Below, one piece after another: positions 50,403 to 62,630 of a DNA stretch of 64,000 nt. The stretch lies in the NCBI GenBank assembly GCA_035084275.1, contig CM068755.1, positions 11,284,001 through 11,348,000 on the forward strand, read 5' to 3'. Both the position numbers and the translations under genes were made by a program. The stretch comes from Hydrolagus colliei. Its lineage: Eukaryota. The notes under the pieces were generated by a model, which did not search any database, was not told where the DNA came from, and saw only the letters and a list, made by a program, of their open reading frames with translations. The stretch's first letter is position 1. Every line of letters begins with the position of its first letter.

Positions 50403-52374
50403 AAATTCTTGTATGACAAACGTATACAGGTTTATGTCTTCAGTGAGAGGTACCAAATTGTTTCCTGTATCCAACAAGTAAGGACGCTTATGTGAACTCA
50501 GATTCCTGCTACTACTTCTACTGCTACTATGAAATTTCATGCTCTAAAGATTTAGGTTTATGAGACAAAGTGAAAATCAAGTAATTTTCCAGCCAGTGGA
50601 AATCAATGGAGGAGATTTTTTTATGAGCAAATTGCATGTGTGTGCATGTGTCATCCTTAGTTTGTACCTTAAAATGCATTAATTGATGTTGAATTGGCTG
50701 AAGCTCAAAAAGGCTACTCCAACAGCAGTACTTATAAATAGTTTGAAATAACATCTGCCCATCTTTGGTCTTTAAGAGTGTTGAAAGCTTGATTTATGTG
50801 GTGTTCAGCCTTCGAAATTGTGTTCAAATATAGGAAATCAGCATGTCGCCATTGCACGCTTGCTTTGAATCTGCACAATGTATAATGCGATTTCAAAACT
50901 GACAAATATCTGTCATACAACATCATCTTATGTTTGTGTAATATGTATATATATATAGTTGCAATGCGGGTGGGAAAATGAACAATTTGTCATAAACACC
51001 GCAGGACTGCAAGTCATACTGATTGAAAACCCCTGACTGGAGTATGGGACATTCCCTCACAGAGGTACACTGTAAATAGGTTGGTGAAAGAGGCTCATCT
51101 GAGAGAACAAATCACTACCTATAGAAACGGCTATGGCAATGATGGAACAAATATGTTTCAAAGATTGCCATACATCACACGATGCCAAAGAAATAGATCT
51201 ACAAATACTTCCCCAGTAAGAGCCACTTCAGAACCCAATGTCATTGGGAGTTATGCGTTACGTAATTTATGGCTTTTTCTTTTAGGCACACTTTCTAAAA
51301 TCTTTGAATATCTTTCACTTTGATGCACATGTGCAAACTGACATATATATATATATACATATTACAGTATATATATTATATATATCTGTAAGAGCAAAAT
51401 CTGCTAAAGAAGTGTTGTTGGAAGATATACTCCAATACTTATCTGCATTCTAAAGCTCAGACAAAAAGCAATACAGCACTTTGTGGTAGAGAACCCATGT
51501 GAGGCAATATATCTAGAGTGTACCTTTAGAGAGAAAATAATAATGTGAATTGTCTACTTTGCAATTCTGAGACCTGGAAATAAATACAAATATTTCCGGC
51601 CTGGATTTCACAGCCTGTTAACTGTAGTGTTCCCCAAACGCTGGCAGATAAAGTGCACAGTGCATTTTAAATAGCAATTTTCTATTTTGAAGTCATTCTC
51701 TCACATTCGCAGAACCGGTTTTCCATTTGAAGTCAGAATTAATAGTATTCGCCGTATTCATTAAACTATTATACTGTACAATACTTTGCAAAGCACTGCG
51801 AGGCATGAGGTCATATTGCTATAGAGACTAATTGTAATGTAGAAGCTATCTATTTCATTCCCCAAATATCCAAGGACAAATGACAAATTTGTGGTTAGAA
51901 TGTGCGAAAAAAACTGCTTTAGTGAATGTTTTATCTGTTGTGGTTCTGCCGTTATAGTTGCCCACTAAGGGCAACTATAAGTTCTTCCTTCAATTTAACT
52001 ATAATGTTTTGAAATGAAACAAACAACTAGTTTACATATCAATGCTCAATTGTGTTGCGTAAAGGATTCAGGTGACATGCTACAAACATTTCATAGCACA
52101 CAAATGGGTCTAATCTGTAATATTTCCTTATATTAAAAGTCTTGTTGACCTAAGTGAGCTTTGTTTCAGAAGTAGATCGGAGCAAGTTCCTGCGAGTCAA
52201 CATGAAATCATTCTGTTTGTTGGGAGGGACATGTTTTTTATGCAGTACTCGGATTCCTTGGTAAAGTATGAAATGATACACAGAACAACTGTTAAAAACA
52301 GCCAAGCTCTCCACATTAGTATATTTCAAGTGAGCCACACAAATGAAATAGAGAGCAACAATATATGAAAGCAC

Positions 52375-52668
52375 AAACAAAAGTTGCTGGGGAAACTCAG
52401 CAGGTCAAACAGCATCCATGGAGAAAGGAAAAAGAGTCAATGTTTTGGGTCTACAACCCTTCGTCAGTTCTGACAAAGGGTTGTAAGTGCTCTGAGACGT
52501 TGTCTGGCGTGGAAGGCACTATATAAATCGAAGTTGTTGTTATTGTTGTAGACCCAAAACGTTGACTCTTTTTCCTTTCTCCATGGATGCTGCCTGACCT
52601 GCTGAGTTTCCCCAGCAACTTTTGTTTTTGTTTTCAGATTCCCAGCATCTGTAGTATTTTGTGTTTTG
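52375..52668. mobile_element. Palindromic Penelope-like (PLE) terminal-repeat remnant with two degenerate minimal hammerhead motifs
   Basis: Inverted arms of about 93 bp (52375-52467 versus 52470-52485 plus 52551-52627) with 4 mismatches; each arm has CTGAC(G/A)A-AGGGT-TGTAG-ACCC-AAAAC. The PLE assignment is from recalled similarity to shark repeats. Confidence 0.7.
52486..52550 (+). mobile_element. 65-bp L2/SINE 3' tail inserted into the palindrome arm
   Basis: agtgctctgagacgttgtctggcgtggaaggcactatataaatcgaagttgttgtt, flanked by the 6-bp direct repeat GTTGTA (52480-52485 and 52545-52550). Confidence 0.85.
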
Positions 52669-55600
52669 ACAACAATATATGACCTCAGCCAATGAAAAGC
52701 AGAGTGATTGCCACAATGGTAAACTGCTCAGCACATTGGGAAATTTGAGAAGTCAAGTTATAAGACAATTGCCAAAATAGCGTTCTGAAAGACTAAAATT
52801 TGGGGACATCATGCAATTTGGATTCAACTCACATTGACACAAAGGAAGAAAAGGTCTAAAATGATAGTATCAGAATAACCTGGTTGGTTTAGATGGGGGA
52901 AAATCTGTGCATCAACATGAACTTGTGAATGCAAATAAGTCTACTAATACTGAGTCCTCATCCATACCAAAGAGATTATTGTGAATGTTAAGGATACAGT
53001 CACAAAATAAAGAAGCACATTTTGGCATTGTCACAAGGAAAGATCATTTGCAGCAAACAAAACAAATGGGATCATGTGAATGAAACATCGAACATCTATG
53101 GCCATTAAAATACAGACAAAATATACTGTAATTGGAAGCTCTTAAAGTGAACCAGAGGCAGCAAAAACAAGGGGATTTTACAAAATTGGGAATAACTGTT
53201 GGGTAATGAGGAATTATATAATCGGTAGCAGCAGTAGCAGATGCCTAGTGATAACTAAACCAACTGGAGTAAATCGATGAGAAAGCAGTGAAGCAGCATC
53301 CATGTGCTACTACTAATGACACAAAGATAGGGCGGGAGAGAAAAGACTCACAGTCTTCATTTGATCACAATCAGAACACCAGTCTTGTATTCTGCGCTTG
53401 TGGCCGTGGTTATAGAGAGAGCAGTCTCACAAAAGTAAATGACAGTGCAATAGTTATCGAAGCAGGAGTAAATCCCTTTCTCCGCGACCCTTAGCAATGC
53501 ATTATTGTTTTATAGAATATCTAAGGTCAAAGGTTTGACATCAGGGTCGTTTTCTGCAGTTTGCATTGCTTATAATGAGAATGGGAACCACCAAAGGAAA
53601 AATAAAGATCAGCTTCAATGCGTTCTGCTGTTGTCCCTAATAGTAATTATACAATGCCTATCCAAATAGGAATGAATGGCAAGGTTGAGAATAAATTCGG
53701 TGCCAACTTAGCTCGAAGCAATTATTGTGTCCCAAATTACAATCCTGCTTTTAAATATAGTTCACAAGAAATGCCATCATCCGTGCAACTATTATCTTTC
53801 ATTATAATAGTACATCACAACCACAGTTCATAATCCACTACCATTAATCAAGGACATTAACATTTGAATTTTACTCTTGCGTTTTCTCTCTATCCTGTTA
53901 CTCATGTCTGTTCAGTTAAGAGGACAATCGGCAACAGACCACAAGCACTATATTTATATGAGCCTCGTTTCGCGCAAACATTCTATTGAAGTGGGAATGA
54001 CAAATGGCGATCAACTTTATTAACTCAAGAAAGGCATCTCAATTCAGCTCAGCAAAGTTGATCAAAGGTACTGTATGCACTTACTGCAGTGAATGACTTG
54101 TTGAGCTCGTTTTTTTATGGTCAGCCGGTTGTCTGACCCATGCAGAAACCAATCACCGAGCTAAGGTTTCCAATGCTAGCTGCAATATGTGAAAAAGCAA
54201 TCATCATAGGTTTGTTACCTTTGGTTCTTTTGTTCCTGTTAATCATTATAAAGGCATCTTATTTCTAAGCAGCAATGAGTAAAATATTCAATGAGACACT
54301 GCAGACGCCAAACAAAACAATTGATATCAGTTATCTCACACTTATAATGCCTTTTGAAATTTTGCCTATTAGATTTACTGTGATAATCAATATCATCCTA
54401 ATCCAGAGAAGAGTGTATTGAGTAAAGGCTTCACAAAAGCATCAATTATCGTGATTATTGGTAGCTTAAAACTGATAGTGACAATTAGTCAATTCTTAGT
54501 CTCCTGATCAGCTTTTAGTGGTAAAGTTTTCCAATATAGACCTCACACAGTTGAGAAAGTCTGATGCATAACCACTGAGTATTTTGAGCACTCAAGCCTG
54601 CAGTTTAATTTAATTCCCTTTCATTTTTAATGTACATCATGTTCATCCTTATCTGATATCACAGTGGCACTGGTTCTTTTAGCTGACTAACTGTAAATAT
54701 ATAAAACACTCTACAAACGGAGAAATTAAAGTAACTACCAACAGGACAATTGAGCGAATTATGTGCAGTTCTTACCATAAAGGAGGTCACATGTAACTTG
54801 TTCCAGATTTCAAATTCCAAAATGAAACAAATACATGTCAGAAAAGTGGAGAAAATCTGGTGCATGAAGAAACGAATTATCATTAATCAGCCTCGGCAGC
54901 AGTGTGTTCAACAGAAGTTATTTTGTTCAATGCACATGGTGGGGAGGGTCTATCACAGGCCAATTGCTAAAAATTGCAATCGTTTCATTATACATTTAGA
55001 ATGGGCAATCGCATTATAAACAAGTCATGAAAAGATTGCTTTATTTCAGTGATGATCAGCATGTGAGGCTTAAAAGGCTGAAGCACTGTTTATAATGTAT
55101 TCTGAGCCTCCTGTTATATGTGGTAACAGATTTCAACATCATTACAATAACATTATGAGCTTTTAACATAGACAAAACTCTGCTAAATATTTATCAAACA
55201 ATGCTTAATAGGCCATACTCACATTTATTGTGGACAGTCTTTTTCAGTTAAGTTTGGAGGCATTTTTCCAACCAGGAATTATGCATCTATCTCAGGAAAA
55301 ACTATCAGGATGCAATTGGATTATCATAAATTATGCCTGTATCAGCGCAATATGCTGAAAACATACAAATTGCTTCTGAGGTACTGAACTCAGTCGTCGA
55401 CGGAAGGAAAAGGGTTAAATTTCTCTGTGGGTGCTCCTTCCTTTGGGCTGATTTTTAGTCTAAAATGCTTGGCAAAAGCTTTCCAGATTAATACGCCTAC
55501 TGGCCTCAGTATTTTGGTAAGTATCCAACACAAACAGTTTAAAAATAGTGAGAAACTGTTTGTGATGATGACATAATGTAAAACAGTCATACTTCTATTC

Positions 55601-55825
55601 AGTTAGCATGTAGGAATATGGAGAACTGCATTGTTAGTAAAAATGCAACCCCATTCATTTGAAATTATATTGTGGATATTTATCATGAATCACAGAATTT
55701 TCTGCTACCTCATTTGTAAATCTCAAACACATGATGCACAATTAACCCCTTGAATGTGCTTACACTTTAAATGAATCAGTTGAGATAAAATTGGATGGCA
55801 TGCCAACAAAATACAGTGCAGTACA

Positions 55826-55957
55826 AATGTACACTCCATAGGGCCTTTCACACAGGGAGGATGTCTCAAAGTACTGATTGGGCACCTAAGCTGGGGGTTG
55901 AGAGCTGAGAGGGTAAGAAGGAAGGGGAAAGATGACCAAAGGCATGGTCGAAGAGGT
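55826..55957 (-). mobile_element. Degenerate L2 3' end
   Basis: aaatgtacactccatagggcctttcacacagggaggatgtctcaaagtactga…ccaaaggcatggtcgaagagg resembles 7700-7860. Confidence 0.65.
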
Positions 55958-58388
55958 ACAAAAATCCCCTGAAGCTCCAATATGCTGTGTTGTGGAGCAG
56001 TGGGAGATGCCTTTGTTCTTGCTGTGTCCCATAGAGCGAGTTAATGATCTCAGCTGCGCCAATGTGGGGTATGCTGAAGAGGAACTGAGAGGGGGGAGGC
56101 AACGTGGTACGAGATGATAATTAGCACATTACATATTGTATCCTCCCTCCCCCTCACCAAGCAGGAAGGGAAATTCTTTAATATGGATATCAAAATGCTC
56201 TTGCATTCCTGATTATAGAGCAGTGTTGGCAGGAGCTTAGGAATAGGTTTTGAACAGGGATAGTGTGTAATGTGGGGAATGTACAAAGGCAACACAATTG
56301 GAAATATGGCTGTACCATTTCTCAACGAATCAGATAATGGCAGGAGAAGAACGAGTGTATATTTATACATATCACAAGAGCAGTTCCAAGAAAGAAGGTC
56401 CATTAGTTCATTTACAGTTAGCCTTTCAGAACTCCGATCCTATCATCTTCCCATTAAAATATCAAGCTGTCCCTCTGCCTGGAAACAGAATTTTAGAATC
56501 CACAAGCCTCTTGTTTGTTTTAAAAAGTATCAAATCTGAAATGTTTTACCTGCAAAGTCAATGACATTGACATTCAGTTACTCGGCTGTGCCTTTAACCT
56601 TTCACTTAAATACTTTAGTCTCGGAGGAGTTTGAGAGAGAGCAAAGGATGGGCATCAGTAGTTTAGAGTCATTGTTTTTCTCTTATGATTTTTCCTGAAA
56701 CAGATCACTGGGAAATCCCCATGGTGGTTGAAGTAAAATGTGAGGTTAAACATGTGTAGAAAAATCTACCACGAACACCAATATAAAATGTACTGCTCTA
56801 CAAGGCACCATCAATTGTCGTGGAAACATTTTCCGCGTACCTAACTTGTGTTTGTGAACTTTTCAGAAAGAATTCTGTAATGATAAACTTGAAGTTTATT
56901 ATAATTGATCATGGCATGTCAGGTAGGGTTCCTAACAATGCTTGCATGTCACTGAAGCAGAACCTGCTATACAGCTTCTAAACCCAACATCAGGAGATCC
57001 ATTTAAGACCACAGGAGAGATTATTGCTGACATTTTTACCATATTTGCAGTACGGGATTTGAACTTAAAACAGTGGAACACCTTGTTTTCTTAAGTGGGT
57101 AGCCATAGCTCTCCGAAGAGTCATTTTTTTTTCTTAAAAGCAGCTAATGCAAGCTGTAATTACAGTCAGTCTGTCAAAACTTCTTCAATCGCAGCTACAA
57201 CAACAGACATTACCAATGAGACTATTGGGTTTTGTCACTGTCCTAAGCATTGCCTGGGAATGAGGATCAAATGGAGGTTTGTATTTTGGCTGATGTTGAA
57301 CTGGCTGTCTGACAATATCTAAAGAATTGGGACACTAACATTTGAGTTTGTAAAGCAGTAACCCTTTCAAGTCAGTGGTTTCTATAACACATGATGTAGA
57401 TACCTTTAATAAAGGTGTTCAGTAGCAAAGAGAAGTCACACGATGTTCTTGTCAACTCTACCTTTGTTCTATTCCTGTTCGGTTTTGGACTTGCAGAAGG
57501 GGGCAGCCTAACTCCAGGTAGGCAGAGATACAGCTGTAAACTGCCCACGATTAAAATGGTGGCTGAGTAGAATGGGACTAGTCCGTCCATGTGAAACTCA
57601 CATTAAAACATTGTAAATATTAATTTCTACCAGCCTAGACTTTTCTACTTGTCAGTTGCACTTGAACTGTTTTAATGTGTAGTCTGGAAAGCAGCTTTTC
57701 TGCATTAAATTCACATTTCCATCCATTATACATTGGTAACTGCTAGAATCATTAATACCCAATTTAAACTGATAATTACAGAGAAGAGCTGCAAGAAAAT
57801 TTGCCCAGCCATGCTTTTCACACATAAATCTTGGCACCAAAATATAGTATTCAGGACAACCAGAGTTAAAATGCACACATACCCTTTACGGTGGTCACAG
57901 CAATGGATTTGGGACGTATTAAACACTCAGGAACTACTAATTCATATTGAAACAACAGCTGCTGTGCTACAATTGGAACGTGTGAGGAAAGGGAGAAGTT
58001 ACCCTGTCAACAGAACTTATAGACTAGGAGCTAATTATCTGCATTTCTTTTTGTAAAGCTCAGGGAGACTTGGATTCAGTGGCCAATTGATGATTGATTT
58101 TCTAAATGATTCTGTAAGTCTTGACACCTGTCAATCTACGATAAGACCCATAACACCGGTGGCTGTAAGAATGATGTTCATCTACTATGATGCAGTTTTC
58201 CTATTAGCGCATTTATCCCAATAATGACATTTAAAGTAAATGTTCCTGATTCCCAATTGAGACAGGGGATATTTAAGGATTAGGATGGATAATGACCAGA
58301 CACAAAGCCATTGTTATAATCGCAATGATAATAAGTACAAATACTTAAGGAATGCAACTCTTGACAACAAGATGTAAGATTCTAAAAG

Positions 58389-58555
58389 AACAACCGGAAC
58401 AAAATTGCACTCCTATAGCGCCTTTCACGTCGGGAGGACAACAAACAAACAAAACTTACATTTATATAGCGCCTTTCACGTCGAGAGGACGTCCCAAAGC
58501 GCTGAACAGTCAGGTCGGGACCCGAGCGGGGCGGGGGAAGGTCGGGGTAGGGGTA
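58389..58555 (-). mobile_element. Tandem double L2 3' end
   Basis: atagcgcctttcacgtcg(g/a)gaggac occurs twice (about 58415-58439 and 58466-58490); only the second continues through the full hairpin and 3'UTR. Confidence 0.88.
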
Positions 58556-59509
58556 TGTATGCATTGGTTCTGTCAAGAATAGAAGGCGTAAGGTTGCCCA
58601 GATCAATTTTACAATGAATTCATGCACAATGTGAATTTCTTTTTTAATTTTGGCAACTTCCTTCAGGTTAAAAAAAATAGAATTACACGTGAACTGCACT
58701 CGCTCTTCCCTTGGTAGTCCTGAGCTTTGCTCCTGACCACTCACAAACTCTCTGATGCTTTCTATAGCATAGCTGAAGAAAGTGTCAGAGCAGGTAACCT
58801 TGATGGATTTAAGAGACATGCTAGGGAAGCAAAGGTATGAAATGTAATATTTGAAAAGGACATCCATGCATGGGTAACGAAACAGAGCTGTATGAGCTGG
58901 CATTGTTCATAATTAGTTTCCAATGTTATTTAAGAGCCAGAAATGCAACTGTCTCTCTATCCTTTAAAAGGTTTAAGCAATGTGCATCTGATTGCTCCAA
59001 ACATTCTGTTGACGTTGGCTGTACAGTCATTTTACTTCTTGTGGTGCGTTCGGGAATGAAGCTTGAAATCTTCAACTCATTGCAGCAAGAGTTAATGAGC
59101 TATTGAGTGTAAGAGCCCTGGATACATGTAGTTGTGTCTCATGTAAATACTTATTGAGCAGTACAACAAAAACTCCCAAATTTATTTTAAGCAACAGCCC
59201 TCCGAACGGAGTTCCAACTGGCACCAGCGCTGGAACAGAGGGTGCTGAATTTGATCTAAGCTCTGTGATGATATGACCACGACGCCAAAGATTTTTGACA
59301 CACGCATCAATTCTTCGCACAGTTGGTTTTATTTTCTACTGGTTCATATCCACATGGCAATAAATAGCATTTCAGCTACGACAATCTGGACTACATCTTT
59401 TGAGTTCAACTATGCTTGTTAGTTCCCGATTGTTTCTTGCTGCTGTTGTTGTTGTTGCATGGTAATCGCTATCTCGGTTTCCATGTCTATCACTCCAGTT
59501 GAGACTCCC

Positions 59510-59650
59510 TTTCCTGCCCCCCATCCCACACCACCCCACCCCACCGTCCTCAGCTCAGGTCTGAAACAGTAACTGCCCAGCGCTTTGGGACGTCCTCCTG
59601 ACGTGAAAAGTACTATACAAGTGTACTTTTGTTGCTTCTTGTTGTTGTTG
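59510..59650 (+). mobile_element. L2 3' end
   Basis: cagcgctttgggacgtcctcctgacgtgaaaagtactatacaagtgtac followed by a (GTT)n-like tail. Confidence 0.8.
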
Positions 59651-61694
59651 ACACCACGCAGATTGACTGTGCTGTTCTTCATATTACTTTCTGGTCTAAA
59701 GTGACAATTTGGAGCTTGTACTGCCTCAAGCGTCAAGATTGCAGTCAAGATTTTCCCACTTATACCCCATGGGTGTTTCTGGAGCTGGAGATTCACTTGC
59801 CTTGTGGATGTGACATCTGGTGTTGAGTGGTCCGTGGCCTTCAATAACCAGCCTTATGGTAGCTGTGTCTCTCAGCTGTCTGGCTGACTCCAGCTAGCCC
59901 AGGAACGTCTGTATATAAAAGGAAAAACACACCAATAATTAATAAAGAATGCATGGAACAGAATCCCAGACTTTGATTCATATTGTAGTTTTGAACTATT
60001 CATGAAAGATGTAGCATGGAAGTATGGTAAAGAGTAACTGACTGTTACACGTAAAGATCTGTTGTTGAAAGGTGCACCTTTGAAACACAAAGATTATCGA
60101 TTAAAATTTATGCTGTATATTCCTACTTAGGCTTCTATTCCAAAGAATTCAGACAGTGTTAAACAGCTGATGTACCCTCGCCTCAATGGGAGGTTTAAAG
60201 TCCTTTAGAACAGGAACCTTATCCAGCTGCTCAAAACAAGATGACTGATTTAATGTAATTTTTTTCTTCTATTGATGAAAAACATATTGCTTTACCTTAT
60301 GCCAGATTTGGAACTAAATACTGAATTATTTCCCCTTTTGTTCCCTGTAATATGGTCTCCAACATAATCTACGGATTTTGTTTAGTTCAAGGTGTTGCTC
60401 GACTTCGCAGAATGTAGACTTCCTGAAGCGGTTTGCCAGGGCTGCAGTTTCGACTGCTTTTTGCATATATTAACACCATTTGGACTCATTTATAATTGGC
60501 ACATGGTTTATTTCCAGTTCATTAGACTTATTCATTTTCATCAATGCTACTTGCAATTGATTGGATGTTTAATTTACCACTGGTGGCGTCATTGCTGAAA
60601 TTTAAAGCGGTGCAGTGACAATCAGCGGGTTGGAAACAACTCAACGGATTTACTCACAAAATGTCTCTAGCTTCCACTTGGAATCAAGACAAGCTAATAA
60701 ATTTGGAACTAGGTAATTATTGCAATACCATCTATTGCCAATTCTGAATCAAAGCCGACCTCTGATTCAAACCGTATATTTTGAATTTGAAAATGGATTT
60801 GTAAATATTTCTAAACCTAAACAATTTGAAGGAACACAAAGTCTCTATGGCTGTTTGTATTCTTTCCCTCCAAGTACAATAATTGTCGACCCTTAGGCTA
60901 TTTTAGACGTAATGCTAAGTTCTGCAGATCAGGCATGGGTTCCAATCAGCCCTAAACTATTTCAGCGAAATAGGGAGTCGACAATTTTGGATTCTCCAGT
61001 CCAGTAAGTGGCTTTATAAAGGGTCAATGGAGTGAAACAAATGCAAATTCACATTTGGAGCCGTAAATATGTCCACAATTATGATTTAAGGCCAACAATT
61101 ACAATCGGCCATATTTTTAAACAAAAGTTTGAATATATCTGAGAAGTTTACTGGAAAAGCCTGCGATTTTCTTTAAACTTTTCAATACTGCTTGAGTAAA
61201 GCAGCAGATTATTGTTTCCTGCTATTCTTTACACTAAAGAAAAAGCGGAAGCACAATGCTACATTAATCTGAAGTTATTTCTTAATATTTTGTGTTAAAT
61301 GATTGCGTGCCAGGTGCCACTAAACAAGCAAACCGTACAATAAACAGTATTCAGGAAGATGAGCAGCAAATCAACATATAGACCAAACAATTTTAAATTG
61401 GATAAATATTAGGAAATTCATATTGGAATGTAGATCAGTAAGTGTATGTATATAATATTAAACGTTGTTCAGTAGTAGCGATACAGAAGAAAGGCTTTAG
61501 ATGTGATTAGTGATCATTCACCGAAGGTTTGCAGTCTATCTAATAAGAAGCTAATCAAATAAGTTAATTCTTCTGGTCTGAATGATAAATTAAAAGAAGT
61601 TACAACTTTCTAAAGCTAGTAAGATCCCATTTAGAACATATCTGAGATTTCAGGCAGCTTGTCTTCATTTACACATCATGGGTGTATCAGAGAT

Positions 61695-62020
61695 GAACAT
61701 GATGAAAATGCAGGGACTTAAAGATATATTATGAGATGGTCATAAATTTGAATTTGAACTAATCAGATAAAAAGATTGTTCAGGAGGAAAGAGGCCATGA
61801 TCCTCGTCAATAAAATGATGAGAAGCATTGGTGCTATAGATGTCAAAAGGGTAATTATTGAGCCTCAAGACAGATGGCAGGTATAGAGACTAGAAAAATA
61901 TTGTTTTCCACAAGTAGCGAATGTGAGGAATATACTCCTAACAAAAGCAATTGGTGCTGCAGTGATTCACTGTTTCAAAGGATTACTGAGAATAGTGTTG
62001 AACGATGTGTGGATAGGTCA
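61695..62020 (+). mobile_element. Highly decayed CR1 ORF2 C-terminal fragment
   Basis: Remnants resembling PGL..L.YE, RR.RGD.I..YK, R..FF..VVN.WN.LP…FK..L are visible at nucleotide level only; the match is weak. Confidence 0.4.
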
Positions 62021-62407
62021 AGACTGAGTCGAACAAGTATGTCCTTGAGGCACAATAACTATTTGTGGGCAAGGATGTCCATGTTCGAATTGTGGAAATG
62101 GCACACATGCCAAGCAGAAGATTCACCAAAGCTGTTTCAACTCAAAATACTGTATATACTCGGTAAGTCATAACTGAAAGTTGAGAACCAGGAAAATGAA
62201 AGTGAACCTGACCCTTCACAGACAAAACAAATTATCTTTCTGTGGAACAAAAATCATAAGATCCCTGTTTCCTTGTTAAGATGCAAACGGAAAATTATAT
62301 AAGTAAGAAAACTCGCAATACTTTCATATATCAACTAAAAAATGCTACTGAAATATTTGATTGTTGCCTGAGCAAATGCTTAAAAAAATACACATTGCTC
62401 ATTGTTA

Positions 62408-62630
62408 TGATAATAAATAATAATCCCTCCAAAAAAACCCACAAAATTAAAATTGGTCATTTCAATCCACGACTGTTTGTGGGACATTGCTGTGCGCAAT
62501 TGGCTGCCGCGCTTCACCCACAAATATACAGTCAATTCACTTTACAATATATTCTGTGAAGCACTTTGAGACGTCGATAAGATGTGAAAAGCGAGGCATT
62601 TAAGATGCCAAATGCAAGGATTATTATTAT
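62408..62630 (+). mobile_element. tRNA-SINE 3' two-thirds
   Basis: aataatccctcc…ttggtcatttcaatccacgactgtttgtgggacattgctgtgcgcaattggctgccgc…gacgtcgataagatgtgaaaagcg…gcaaggattattatt. Confidence 0.9.

Noticed and set aside
52700-53400. Possible very old CR1 remnants (also at about 350-480 and 1130-1310), and old L2 remnants at about 3890-4450
   Set aside because: Similarity is too faint to support by eye; it needs an HMM search.
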